Below the pieces are notes generated by a model. The model saw nothing but the letters and a program-made list of their open reading frames with translations, did not search any database and was not told where the DNA came from. A DNA stretch of 64,000 nt from Guillardia theta CCMP2712 (lineage: Eukaryota > Protista > Cryptophyta): NCBI RefSeq assembly GCF_000315625.1, contig NW_005434659.1, positions 334,770-398,769 of the forward strand, written 5' to 3'. The position numbers were made by a program, and so were the translations under genes. Below, in pieces: positions 37,990-50,693 of this stretch; position 1 is the stretch's first letter, and the number at the start of each line of letters is the position of its first letter.

Positions 37990-39300
37990 GATTATTTTGT
38001 GAATGCATGCTGGAAGGACCCTCGGCGGAAGAGTAGTGCTGCCCCCGCGGCGGCGAGCAGTGACAATGGGTTGGACCACCCTTGGGGCCCCTGGAAGCAG
38101 GGGTGAGGGTAGCAACTTGGCATTCGTATACAGGGTTGGGTAGTGAAGTTGGTATGAAAGGTACGGTCATTATCTGGGGAATCATGGGGTAGGTCTAATT
38201 GAGGGTTGTGCTAAAATCAGGGTGGGGTGACACATCACAGGGGTACCATATTGATAGGGTGAGGTCATAAATCCACCGGGGGTGGACGGGGGAGGTGGGG
38301 TAGGCACTGAGGGGTTGAGGATGCGAGGTTCCAGTACACTGTTGACGTACTGAAAAGTTTTGTTGGTACTAATTTCTATTTCAGTGGTACAGTCGTATTT
38401 TAATGAAAATTGGATCTTTGATAAAATATTGGAAATTTTCTCATGACATTTGCTCAGTTAAGACCAGACCTTCAATGACTTATTTGAATATTTCTATATG
38501 TAAAGTAAACAACCTTGTATGGACTCGTTTTCGTCAGCATTCGCAATTCTGGTACAGCTGGGTATCCAAGGGACCTCATTTAAAACTCAGTACCGTATAA
38601 AAGGAAGTTCAGTCCTGGCTGTGCATCTACCACCCCTGGACCACTTCTGCCCCCTTCGAGTATCGCGGACGAGGTATGAGGGTAGTGAATCATAATAGAG
38701 TTTAACTATAGAGGGGGTAGGGTGTCCGCTGGTGCAAAGGGGGGAGTGCAGGGGTGGGTTGGTCCAGGAGTGGATGGGTGTTGATAGTCAGAAATTCGAA
38801 GGGGTGGGTAGTCCCATTTGTGAAATGCTGACACCAAATTCTTGGTGACTTATCGGGGGTAGTTTTCCTCGGGAAGGTGGTAGCACAGGGGGGTTGTGCA
38901 CAGCGAGGGTGAGGACGGTCAATCCGAGGGTAGGGTACAAAAACTTTTCAAGGTGGGTGTAGACAACGGGTAGGGTAGGGTACGTCGATGGGGAACCTGC
39001 ATGCCGAGATTACTTTACTACAAGGTTCCCCGTACTCTCTGTGTACCTGGGGTAGTATAGACATCCAGGTCTAAACCAGGGGTACTAACGGACAGAGGGG
39101 TACGGTGGACCAAGCAGGGTAGTCTCTTGAAGGAGTAAACAGACGTAACCTGCATTGGTGGGTGGTTTCAAAGAGGAAGGACCAGGTGTATGTCACGTCA
39201 CCCACCCCAACCCCGAACACTTGACCATGCGACACCCTACCTCGGGTAAACTCGAAGCCACCCGCTCATTATACTGTCAAAAAGGGGGTACGTGGTTCTG
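37990..39300. repeat. GGGGT/GGGTAG-rich island between divergent genes
   Basis: Dense GGGT words, mainly on the + strand, no credible ORF. Confidence 0.6.
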
Positions 39301-39415
39301 ATTGAAAAAGGGCCAAAAATGAGACCGAAATAGACAGAGACTAGACTCAAGTCTATTTCGCCGGGGCTGCCGGGGCCCGGCAAAAGAGTCCCCGGTCGGA
39401 GCAATCGGGACAGTC

Positions 39416-39452
39416 ATTGTCCTCGTACTGATTTTTAAGTTAACTTTGAGTA
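39416..39452 (-). mobile_element. Solo copy of the 1940-1984 TIR
   Basis: 35/37 identity to the reverse complement of 1940-1976; ends 46 nt before the SNF8 ATG. Confidence 0.7.
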
Positions 39453-39498
39453 AAAGACATGGTGGGCACAGGACCTGGCTACACAACTAGCAGCAGGA

Positions 39499-41320
39499 AT
39501 GCGGCGGGCTGGGATAGCGGGGATCGGGCATGGCGTTGGCGCGGGGAGGCTGCAGGCATCTCAGGCAGCCCAGGTGAAGGCGCATGATGCCTGTGATGTT
39601 CGTCGATGCTGAAGTTTGAACTCGGCATGTTGTTGTCGACCGGGAATGCCCTTGTCCTGTGTTGTTGTGGGGCGTCTGGGAATCTACCGAGCTGCTCCTG
39701 GCGCGATGACATCTGTTCACTGATTGCCTCGGGCAGGAGAGGGCGCAGAGCATCGGGAACAACCTGCTCTCGCAACAGAAGGAGCAGGTGCTGCAACTTG
39801 AGGGACCTCCTCTCCCACCCTCACGCGCACTCATGATAGATGATGGAGAAATGCAGTGTCTTCCAGTCCAAGCTCGAGGAGTTTGCGAGGAAGCATAAGA
39901 ACGAGATCATTCGCAATCCTGACTTCAGGAGCAAGTTCAACTCCATGTGTGCGGCGATCGGAGTTGACCCTCTAGCATGTGATGCATGCCTTTCGCCAGC
40001 TGAGATCTTGACCGTTCCTTTGACGTTTCCTCCTAGCCAACAAAGGATTCTGGGGAGCTTTGGGTATGGGTGACTTCTATTACGAGCTCGGCATACAGAT
40101 GATACAGGTTAGAGTTATGAAGAATTGTTTGAAGACGCTGAGAGCTCATCAGGTCTGTCTGGAGAGGCGAAGTCAGAGCGGGGGGCTGGATAGCGTCGAG
40201 GAGGTTTTATCCGCCCTCCGGGCACGGCGAGGGCCGAGAGCGCAGCAGATCAATGCGTAAGGGGTTGGAGATCGAGAAGGCGGGGTGACATGTGGGAGCA
40301 GGGAGGACTTGGAGAGATCGGTGAAGTGCTTGAAGGGGTTGGGGAAGAGTTTGGAGATCATAAGGTGAGGGGATGAGTGAGGTTGGAAAGGTGTAGATGA
40401 CGAGCATGTCACAGTATCAAGGGGAAGGGGAAGGTGATCCAGTCCGTTCCGGTATGATGCAGTTGATGCTGTGGTTGTTGGTGATGGATGGAAAATGATG
40501 ATTGGAAGCAACATGTTGCGATAATGATGATGATGATGATGGTGATGGTGGTGGTGGTGGTGGTGGTGGTGGTGGTGGGGGTGATGATGGTGATGATGAT
40601 GATGATGATGATGATGATTCCGTTGCCTTGACTGTGGCATTCAGTGTGAGCTCTCCCAAGACCACACCGCGATCCTCGAGCTGGTGAGGATCATCAGCGG
40701 CAGCTTTCCCTTGCGTCAGCTTATCCTAACTGAGGCAACGCAGGCTTCACATTCAGGTCACACGTCCGTCGGCGACCTGATTAGCCTGCTCGAATGGCCG
40801 GAGAACCGGGCGGTATCAGCGGTATAGCATGCTGTGTTGATTCAGGAGATGGGGAGGAGGAGGAAGAGGAGGAGGAGGAGGAGGAGGAGGATAGTGAGGG
40901 GAGAGTAGTGCTCATGAGGAGGGAGCAGAGTGTAGTTCGCAGAGAAGGCAAGCTTGCTTTTGCTAAGCAATGTTTCAGGTGAATTTCCTACTTGATGAAG
41001 GAATGGCATGGATTGACAAGCAAAACGATGGAAAATGGCCGCTCATCTGGTGAGAAGAAGAGCGATGGAGGGAAGGGGAGTGGAGAAATATGAGGATGAC
41101 GGGGAGGAGGAGGGGGGTGGGGAGGAGGAGGAGAAGGAAAAAAGTTGGGGGAGGAGGAGGAGAAGGAGAAAAGGAGGAGGAAGAGGAGGATGGAGGATGG
41201 AGGAGGAAGAGGAGGATGGAGGATGGAGGAGGACATGGTGGAGGAGGAGGAGCGCGGTGATTTGTGTGATTTCTCAGGTTTCCGAGCTTATTTCAAGGCC
41301 TTCATTTCTCCTCCTCCTGA
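39499..41320 (+). CDS. SNF8: ESCRT-II subunit Vps22/EAP30
   Basis: MRRAGIAG, LEEFARKHK.EI..NPDFRSKF..MCAAIGVDPLAS-NKGFW, GDFYYELG, SVP.ELSQDH, EGMAWIDKQ...WFPSL. Confidence 0.95.
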
Positions 41321-41424
41321 TTCCCAAGGACGATTCTTTCTCATAGACGTGTACTTTACAGAACATCCTTCCCTCCTTCTCTCCCCTCCCCCTCCTCTCC
41401 CGTTCTCGAGCCTCTCCTGCCCCT

Positions 41425-41612
41425 TCACTCTCCTCCGGCCAGGTTGCAGGATTCATCCAGTAGATATTCGAACCCCTCGATGCAGTGAGGACGGTCGCTC
41501 CCGCCCCTCCTGTTGCTCTCCACAACGATCTCAATCGTCTCCTCCACCAGAGGGACTAGAAGCTTCCGAATCTCCTGCAGATTTGTCAGCATCTCTACAC
41601 GCTCCTCTGTAT

Positions 41613-41648
<36 letters not shown>

Positions 41649-44600
41649 CTCTGCTCCTACCTTCTTCTCTTCTGCTACACCCCTGCTCACTGCACCCTTC
41701 CCACTGAACGTTTCTCAGCTCCATCCTACGATCCCTTCTCACCCTCTCCTGCCTCACCTTCACACTGCCATCCAAGTCCGGGTCACTTCTCATGCTGATG
41801 AGCTTCGCATCCAGTTGGCGGTCGAGCATGAGAGTAGCGCTGAGGAGAGCGAACGCTCCTTCCTTGCTCTTCATCCTCCCGCTGGCCTGCTGCTCCGGCC
41901 GTCACCAACCCATCTCCTCCTCCTCTTCCAGTCCTCCACCACAACCGTGTCCTCCGCCTCCTCCTCATCGTTTCCATTTCTACCTGCAAAACCTCTCGCA
42001 AGATCCCTTTGATCTGAGGTTTGATACGCAGCTCGACAACATCCTGAAATCAAGCTTATGAGGAGGAAATGGAGGGAGGAAGACGATGAGGAAGAGGAAG
42101 AGGAAGAGGAAGAGGAAGAGGAGGGGGAGGATGCAACTAGCGTACCTCGTCGCTTCCGCCTCCCTGTGCCTCCAGTCGAGCTTGCAGCTGAAGGAAGAAA
42201 GTGAGTTCAAGTTTCCTCCTCCTCCTCCTTCTCTCTGCTCCCCCACCCTGCTCCTATTCCTGCTCCTCCTCACCTGCTGGAAGCTCAGCAGCTTCTCCTC
42301 CTTCTCCTCCTCCCACAGCGGGTGTCTCCTCTGCACAGACGTGCTTGTGTCATGCGCAAACCTGCAGGGGTACGTGAGGGACTCTGGGACTCTCTCGCTC
42401 GCCCCTACCGGTTCGTCGTGTCCTGCTCCTCGTACTTCTCCATAGCCACCCTCGCATACCCTAGCAAGTATCATCATCTCCATCATAATCGTCTCCATCA
42501 TCATCATCTCCATCATCATCATCATCGTCTCCATCACTATCTCCATCATCATCATCATCGTCTCCATCATCATCATCATCACTTTCTCCTCCTCCTCTCT
42601 GTGCGGCCCCGCACCATCATGGTAGAAGGCCAGAAAGGGATCAGTGCGGGCGATGAGGACGAATACTTGAAGATCGAGCTTGAAGCCGTCGAGGAGGAGG
42701 GGAGAGGAGAGGTACTGCTGAACAAGAAGGGATCCCTTCCTCCCGCTCGAACTGTCGCCGCCTGAAGTTCGAGCAATGCAATCACTCGGAGGCAAATCGA
42801 GGCTGGATGAAAGTTGAAGGGAGGGAAGGGAGGGAGAGGATAATAAACAAGTGGGAGGGAGGAGAAAAGGAAGCGATAGAGGATAGAGGATAGAGGAGAG
42901 GGGAGGAGAAGGGAGAAAAGAATAGGAGAGAAGAGGGGAAGGGAGTGGAGCGGATAGGAGAGAGGACACACCTGCCCCGGAGAAGATGAAGTCAGGATCG
43001 ATACGCAGCTGAGCAACGTCCTTGACGATCATCTGCTTCTCTTCCTCTTCCTCCTCTCGTCTCCTCCTCGATCTCAGCCGTTTGATGACGTAAGGGCCCG
43101 CGAACCTCTCCGCGGGCAGCTCTAGGAAGCGATCCAAGTCGGCGGCAGGAGGCATGAGGCAGCGCAGAGGCTGGCGGAGGAAGGGGCTGAAGGAGGAGCC
43201 GGCAGCAAGGAAGGAGGAGGCGATCGACATGAGGCCCTTTCTGCTCGTTATCGTGCTGATTCCCTCCACCTGGTTGATCAGGTTCCTGCCGGAGACTGCG
43301 AGAGCGTCCTCCCTGTCTCGGGGATGAGAAACCCAGAGAAAGGAGGAGGAGGAGGAGGAGGAGGAGGGGGGAGAGAGGAGCTGTTTCCTTTCTACCCAAC
43401 CTCGTCTTCTGAGACATTCATACACCAAGTGATTTCTCCTGCCTGATGAGACGAAGAAGCTGCTGCAAGCGCAGGTATCTCCTCCTCCTCCTGCTCCTCC
43501 TTTCCTACAGACTTCATGTTCCGCCATGCTCTCTCCTCCTCTCTTCCCCGCCGCAAACTCCAGCCCATCCGCGACGCCATGAGCATGGGAGGATGCAACT
43601 GCATCCTCGTCGCCTCCCTTCCTTCTCCCTTCCTCACGCGATTCCTGTAGCTTGAGGAGACGGTCGCGCAGGACCAGCTTGACCTGCTCTAGCTCCCGTT
43701 GCCTGGCATCCTCCTCCTGGTTGAAGTTGAGGCGCTTCTGTGCGGTGCTGGCCCGAGAAGCAGCAGAATCTGGATGGTGGGGAGCAGAGAGAGAGCTGAA
43801 GGCGAAAGTGAGATGAAGAGGAGGAGGAGGAGGAGGAGGAGGAGGAGGAGGAGGAGGCTGGAGGAGGCTGGAGGAGGACTGGAGGAGACTGGGGCACACA
43901 AACCTTGGATTGTCTGGAGTTCGATGTGCTGTTGCGTCGATATTTGACTTGTGACTTGACATGTCCTCGACAACCTTCTGAAATGTTTTTCTCAGTGGAA
44001 GAGCAGGGAGGAGGGAGAGGGGGGGCGGAGGGGGAGGGAGAAGGGAGGTGGAGAGAGCAGGGAGGAGGAGAGGGCAAGGAGGAGAGCAGGAGAGGATGGA
44101 AGAGGAACGGGACGGAGGGTTCTAGTCCTGACCGGCAACGCTGCAACAATCTCAGAGCTGCGAGCTAGACTGGGCTGAGGCTCAGGTACTTTCTTCAGCA
44201 CTTGTGGCTCCTCCTCCTCCTCCTCCTCCTCCTCCTCCTCCTCCTCCTTGGCAGCAGCAGCAGCAGCAGCAGCACAGGACCCCTTCTCCCTCCTCTCTTC
44301 CTGCTTCAGCTTCTGACAGGTTGTCCGCCAGCACGATACCGCTTGCCTCATCCTCTTCTCCTCCCACTCCCTCGCAGCTCTCCTCCTCCTCCTCCTCCCA
44401 TCTCCAAGGACCCGCCACCTTCTCCACAGCGGCTGAACCTGCTTCCTCCCGTGCTCCGCTCGCATCCTGTGCCAATGCACTACCTGCTGCGGGTCACGAA
44501 AGCAGAGCAGCACACTATCCTCGCTGAACCAGGCCACCCGCCTCCTCCATCCCTCCAGCACGCGGCTCTTCTCCGCTTCCTCCCGCTGGTTCTTCAGAGA

Positions 44601-46361
44601 CGCCGCAAAGTCCCTCGCCCTCCCTGCTCGCGCCCTCCTCCTCCATCGGGCAAGGAGGACGAGGAGGACCTTGCCCTGCTGCTTGCTGCTGACCCTCCTC
44701 CTCTTCTCCTCCAGCTTCTCGTTGATCGACCGTAGCTCGACGATGGCATTGGCGATGTACTTCCAACCTGACACGCAGCGGCCCATCACTTCCTTGTGAT
44801 GTCTCAGCTGCATCTCCCTCTCTCTCTGCCTGACGTCCCACAGGTGCAACTTGAGCACAGCAAGCAGCCACGTCCTCCTCCTCCTCCTGCTCCTGCTCTC
44901 GGCGAGCTCCCACTGATCGCGGTAGAGGACCTCGGCATCGCAGAGGACCAAGGACCAGCCCTGGAACATCTCGAACTGTGTCTTCCTCCTCCTCCACACC
45001 AGCATCTCCCCCACTATCCTCTGCAGACGGACTGACTTCCATCCCTCAACGACTCTGCGCTTGCACCTCGTTGTGACTCTGAGCAGAATTTTCTCTCCTC
45101 TCACCCTCAACTCTGCGAACTCCTGACCCTCCCGCTCACAACCAGCTGCAAACTTCGCCATCGCATCCCCGACTAGCCACAGGGCATGCGCGCTCTTCAT
45201 CACGGCCTCAAACTTCTCCGCAAAGCGCATGCAGGACGCTCGATGGGTGCGAACTGCTGCTGATACGCTCTTCCAGAAGGCAAAGTACCTCCTCCTGCAA
45301 GCCTTGTGGCTGAAGCTCTTAGCGATGTTCCTCCTCCTCTCCTCCAACTCCAGGCAAGTGCTCAACCATCCCTCCATCACCTTCAGCATCACCCGATGGT
45401 TGATGTACAGGTCCTTGTTATGGTACTCGAACAAGCAGGTCAAGTCCTCTTCTCGATCCTCTTCCTCCCTGCAGAAATCCTTCCACCGATTCAAAGTTTG
45501 CTTCCCCAGTGAGTGCAGACGAATCTCGTCCCACGCTCTGCAGTGGCGGTCGAAATATCTTCGATTTCCCCACAGCGTCCTCGTCAGCGAGCGCCAGGCC
45601 TTCAGCTTCGTCCTGACAAACGTCTGCTGCACCAACAGTTTCATCTCGTCAGCAAACGTCTTCAAGGCAGTGAAACCATGCTTGCACAGGATGTTGTGCT
45701 GTATGCACGCGACACGGGGCCCCCCAACCATCAGCCTGGTGAACGCAACCAGCACAAACTGCTTCCTATGCACATCCTTCTGCTTGCCCAGCTTTGCAAG
45801 TACAGGACGAAGTTTCTCCCTCCATTGCGACGCTCTCCCCCAGCCCGCAAGCACTGCTGTCATCCCCTTCCTTTCGATGTACTGGCTCAAGTCTTTCGCC
45901 TCCTCCTTCACTCTCCTCCATCTCACGCATCCTCTCCACTGCCCCCATGCTCCTTCCGTCACCTGCACCTCAACCATCCTTGCTAGCCGCTGACTCGCAA
46001 GCTGCCTGTCCGCCTCCAGCTCCAACTTGCGGATTTCTCCCCAGTAGCAGAAAGCGCTCTGCAGAACAACCATCCTGCGGAACCTGACTGCCATCTCCTT
46101 CCTTTCTTCAGCCTCCGCCCTCAGCTGCCAGCCCATGGCGTCCAAGCACGAGGACAGCAAGTTCAACCGGTGTTGGTGGGCGATGACACTCGATGCCCGA
46201 TAAAGGTGGTCACGATAAAACTTGACTTCAACCCATGACCTGAAGGCGCTTTCTGCGTATCTTTCCGATCTTGTCTCTTCCAGATACTCCACAACATTCT
46301 TGGTCAAACTCTCAAACACTTCCGATGCCCGCAGGGTCCGATCGTCCTCCATTTCGAACAT
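41425..46361 (-). CDS. Sfi1-repeat protein fused to a degenerate TTLL10-like tubulin ligase domain
   Basis: Sfi1-like W repeats (46361-44133); phase-0 intron 44132-43978 into an open frame reaching VQQYLSSPLLLDGFKLDLQVFVLIA, DGYAR and VEETIEIV; two separate genes not excluded. Confidence 0.7.
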
Positions 46362-46899
46362 TCACAGCCCGGTTCAGTCACAACGAGGAGGTGGAGATTT
46401 TGCGCAGCAAGCACATTCAGCCACAGAGTCCTCAATGATCCTGGTCGTCGAAATTAAACATCAGAATATGACAGACAGAAGGAAAATCAGCAATGACATT
46501 GGAACGCCTAGTTAACCTTTCGTAATCAAGGTTTTTATCTCTTCATCTTAGAACTTCACACTGACATTTATGATGGAGTTTACCAGGCTAGCACTGACAA
46601 CATCCATTTTTGAAAGATTGAAAGCAGACACGAGATTTATTTGCTTCCTATCCTTCTAACTCTTGTCCCCGTGCTAATCCTTTGTACTTATCTACGTCCT
46701 TCGTCCTTCGCATCCGCCTTCTCCTCGTATTCCTCAACAGTCACTGCAGTCTCTTCAATGAGTCCTTGATATCTCCCTTTTCATATCTTCTCTCGTCTTC
46801 TATTCTCATTTCCTCTCTTCCTCTCCTTTCCTCTCTTCTCCCCTCCTCTCTCCCCTCGCTATCCTTCGCCATTTCCCCTACCACGCTCTTTCAAACTTG

Positions 46900-47280
46900 T
46901 ACCACCCCCACCCCTTCATGAATCACTACCCTTCGATATCAAGTTGACAATACCCCACCCCTGGAATAATCGGGTCTATATGGGGGTAAAATCCCCACCC
47001 CTGCTGTAGGGCCTAAATAGACCACCCCACCCTTTTCTTTTGGCCATTCACGAATATCACCTACCCGGTCCGCCTTGCGTTTATTACCCCATGTATTCTC
47101 ACCTCTTGGGATGACTACCCCTCCTTCCCCAGTACCCCACGTAACTTTGAAACACTGGGTCTGAAGGGGTATTTTGACGATGGTAAACAGGGGTACAGCG
47201 ATAGTTAATCGCCCATGTGGGGGTGGGGTCATTGTCAAAGAGGACATCGGGGTGGTCACAAGAGGGGGTGTGACGGTTTT
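46900..47280. promoter_or_regulatory. ACCCC-to-GGGGT polarity-switch island in a divergent intergenic region
   Basis: ACCCC words on the left half, GGGGT words on the right half; regulatory role is inferred. Confidence 0.4.
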
Positions 47281-47700
47281 TGTGCGGCAGCATGGCGCAT
47301 GCGGTCAGGGATCAGGGAGGAAGAGAAGCGACAGGAAGGTAGCAGGAGGCGCAGGAGGAGGCGGGAAAACAGAAGCACAAGGAAGGCAGCAGGAGACACA
47401 GGAAGGGAGGAAGATGATGGAATGAATTGTCCAACACAAAGACAGGATTAATGCGCCCTTGGGTAAGTAGACAGGTGGAATGAATTCATGAAGAAAGCTA
47501 AGGATTCGCTGAGCATTCAGGGTGGAATAAGGTGTCCATACAGTCTCCAATATATTCTGGATGGTTCGTGCATGAAATCCAGCGTTGTGCTTGTTACGGG
47601 GGGCTTTGAATATTGAGATCCGAAATACCACATCAAGGCAGGACCAAAAGGAAGAATGGCGGCGGTTTCCCCCGAAGTGAGATGAGGTATTCATGATAGC

Positions 47701-48367
47701 ATGACATCAACAAACAAAGACAGACCAAGAGCAGACAAGGACCTGGGCCTGGTCGAAACCAGGCACTCTCAACGGATCAGGAACCAGTCCCAGCAAGCGG
47801 CGGATAGGCGGTGAGCAGTGTTGCCTGCTGTGGCTGGTGTGGTACTCACGACTTTACGGCAGGTTTCATCAGAGCCTTCCGAAGGCAGGGCTCTATCCCT
47901 CGCACTTCTCTCCTTACCTGATGAGACCCGACGGGATGTCAAGCTCCATTATCGGCCTGTCCAAGGAGGAGGTGGAAGAGGACCTTGTCACGCTCAAGCT
48001 CATGTTCCAGACCTACTTTGTGTCGGAGTACTATGACGAAGCTGGCGTGAGTGACCAGCAGGTGTCTCTCTCAGCAGCTAGCAGATCAGTGGACGTCCCC
48101 CACTCCTCTCCCTGTCCCCGACCTCACGTTCCAGCAACAAGCTTTCAAGCCTCGATGCCTCCTGGCGGCTGCGCTCGGCACATTCCGTCAAGGCAGCCAC
48201 AGGTCAACGTGCCGGCATCGAAGGAGGACCCGGCGAAAGGGACTCACACGATAAAGCGAGCAAGGTTCGCGTGTGTTGCACCTCGCAACAGGAAGGAGGA
48301 GAAGGCGCATTTCGAGGCGGCGATTCGTGCTTCGATGGTGAACTCGTTGAGATCGACCGACCCGTGA
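47701..48367 (+). CDS. Hypothetical protein with C-terminal UIM-like motif
   Basis: Exon 1 splices (cg|gtgagc...ggcag|g) in frame to RFHQSLPK; ends EEKAHFEAAIRASM. Confidence 0.55.
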
Positions 48368-48592
48368 CACTCGGGGAGATTGACAAGAGACTGTGTTCAC
48401 GATGTACTGCAGAGAAGATGCGGAACACAGAAGGAAACGAAGCTTTATTGAACAGCACGCTTCTTTCTTGCTTTATTTCAAGTCTCAATTTCCTTCTGTC
48501 GATGCAAAGATGTTATCTTTTTTTACAGCGTCGAAGAATAAATAATCCAATCATGTTTCAGATTGTCAAAGAAGTGCTACATCTAAAGCATC

Positions 48593-50256
48593 TCACACGA
48601 GAGTTAAGTTGTTCTTGGTGCATGTCCTCATGCACTTGAAGAAAGAGCCTACGTCGACCTGCCTCTTCCTGTTCGCTCCGTAGTGTCGCTTGAGCTTCAT
48701 TACAGTTAAGAACTCCTGGACGTGAAAACAAAATGAGCACAGAAGATGAGGAGGGAGAGAAGGAACAGCGACGGTGAGAGGAAGGAATTAGAGGCAGGAG
48801 AAGGCTGAAGAAGAGCGAGGAGAGAGGGGAGGAGAGCGAGGATGCTTGAAGCAAGCAAGAAGGAAGGGAGGGAGATTGGGAAGGAGGTCGAGGATGAGCA
48901 GGGAGTGAAGGTGAGAACCTCTTGGTTCAAAGTTCCCTTGCCCTTGTCACTGAAGACGTGCATCAGAACATCTGCTACCTCCGACGAAAGTTCAACATTC
49001 GAGACGGCAACCGACGCATGGATTAGATGTTCCCTCCCAAAGTTCCCTGAGTTCGCCTCGGAGAAGGTGTCGATCGCGCTCGAGATCTCCTCGACGCTCT
49101 TGAGCATCTTGTTGAACGCCATGTAGTCCTTGAACCCGATCCTGCTCTCAGCCAGCGCCTCGATCTTGCCCTTGTACACGCGGAACTGCTTCGGGTAAAC
49201 GTGCGACACCAGGCTCAAGGCGAAGTCCTTAGAGGAGATGGTGTCGTCAGCATCAGGATTAAGGCCGTCAAACTCCAGGGTTGCTATGTCTTCCTGAAGA
49301 TCCAGTAGGTATCGAGCAAACTTGGGGTAAGTCAGTTTCCTGTTCCCATGCTTCCCGAACAGGATCTAGAGGGTTTGCACAAGTCAGGGGAGGGAGGAGG
49401 AAGATACAGCACGACTCACAGGGTAACGGTCTCTGTTCAGCTCAGCAGCTTTTTTCTTTTGCTGCTTGACCTTGTTGCTCGTTGACACCACGTCCACCCT
49501 GCTCGCCAGCCCGATGGGGCTTTTGCTCTTGAGCACCCGCATCATGGCGGCGAACTCCTGCTCGTCGATCTCCCCGCTCCTGTCCAGGTCGAACATGCAG
49601 AACATGGTTCTGAACCTGTTCTCCGGGATGGAGATGAGAGTCATGAAGAACACGTACTCGTGGAACGAAACCAGCCCGTCAGAGTCGATGTCCACCATCT
49701 GGAACAGCCGCCGTGCCGCCTTGGCTGCTCGGGCTGACGGCTTCTTACCCTTGGCGTTTTCGTGCATGAGGTTCGGGTGCAAGGACCGCAGAAAGTCGCT
49801 CGGCGTCATCAAGGCCTCTCCTTCGTGCTTTACAGAGGCGAAGAGTTGGAACACTTTCTCAGGGGCACTGAAAGCTTTGATCCGCTCCTCGTACCCTTGC
49901 TGGATGTCAGTCTTAGACGGGAGAATGCTCGCCTGCCTGCTAGTCACTTCCAACTGAACCCAACGCCCCTGCCGCTCTCGTCTCACCTCCGTCAACGTCG
50001 GTCTCTGCATCTTGTTCCAGAAATATCCAATGCCCACCATGGAGGCAAATCCTGCGGACAGGAACCAGGTGGTCTGTCCCCTATGGTTGCCCGCTGTGCA
50101 GAAGTTCCTCCATGCTGAGGTCCGGAGGATGCGCGTTGTGCTGGACGTGTGCTGAAAGCTTCGCGTTTGACTGCACAAAAAGCGGAAGCGAGCTATCTTC
50201 TGGTAGAGATCGGCGGTGTAGGAGGGGTGAAGTAGCGACCCCACGCCTCTCAGCAT
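48593..50256 (-). CDS. MICU1: Mitochondrial calcium uptake protein (MICU1-like, EF-hand)
   Basis: YEERIKAFSAPEKVFQLFAS, MTPSDFLRS, EF hands DIDSDGLVSFHE and DLDRSGEIDEQE; mitochondrial-type N-terminus. Confidence 0.85.
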
Positions 50257-50693
50257 CGTAACCTAGCCTCTCCCCCAACCCACCCTCCACTCTCCTCCTT
50301 CCCCTCCTCCTTCCCCTCTGTTCCCTTCTTCTCCTTCTCCTTCCCTTCCTTGACCTGCCTCTCCGTTCTCTCCTTCACTGCATCCAAACACCTTCACGGC
50401 TTTCACAGTTTCGAACTTCGTTTGTTGCTCGAATCAAATCGATTTTAACCTAGCGAAAGATTGTGATTTAATTCGGATAAAACAGATCAGCATGGACGGA
50501 TGCGCCCCGACAACTCTGAAGGTGACGGCAGCGAGGGCATGGGGGAAGGAGGAGGGCGAGAGGAGGGGGGAGAGGGGGTGAGATGAAGGGCAAGACGTGC
50601 AGTGAGGATTGTTCTGACTATATCGAACTTGTGCAGTGAGGACGTAGGACGGGGTAGCCGACTCGCTCCTCTCGTTTGACGGCAGTGACGGCG

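Noticed and set aside
37990-39300. Interstitial telomere array
   Set aside because: G-rich words are irregular, with no tandem TTAGGG/TTTAGGG units
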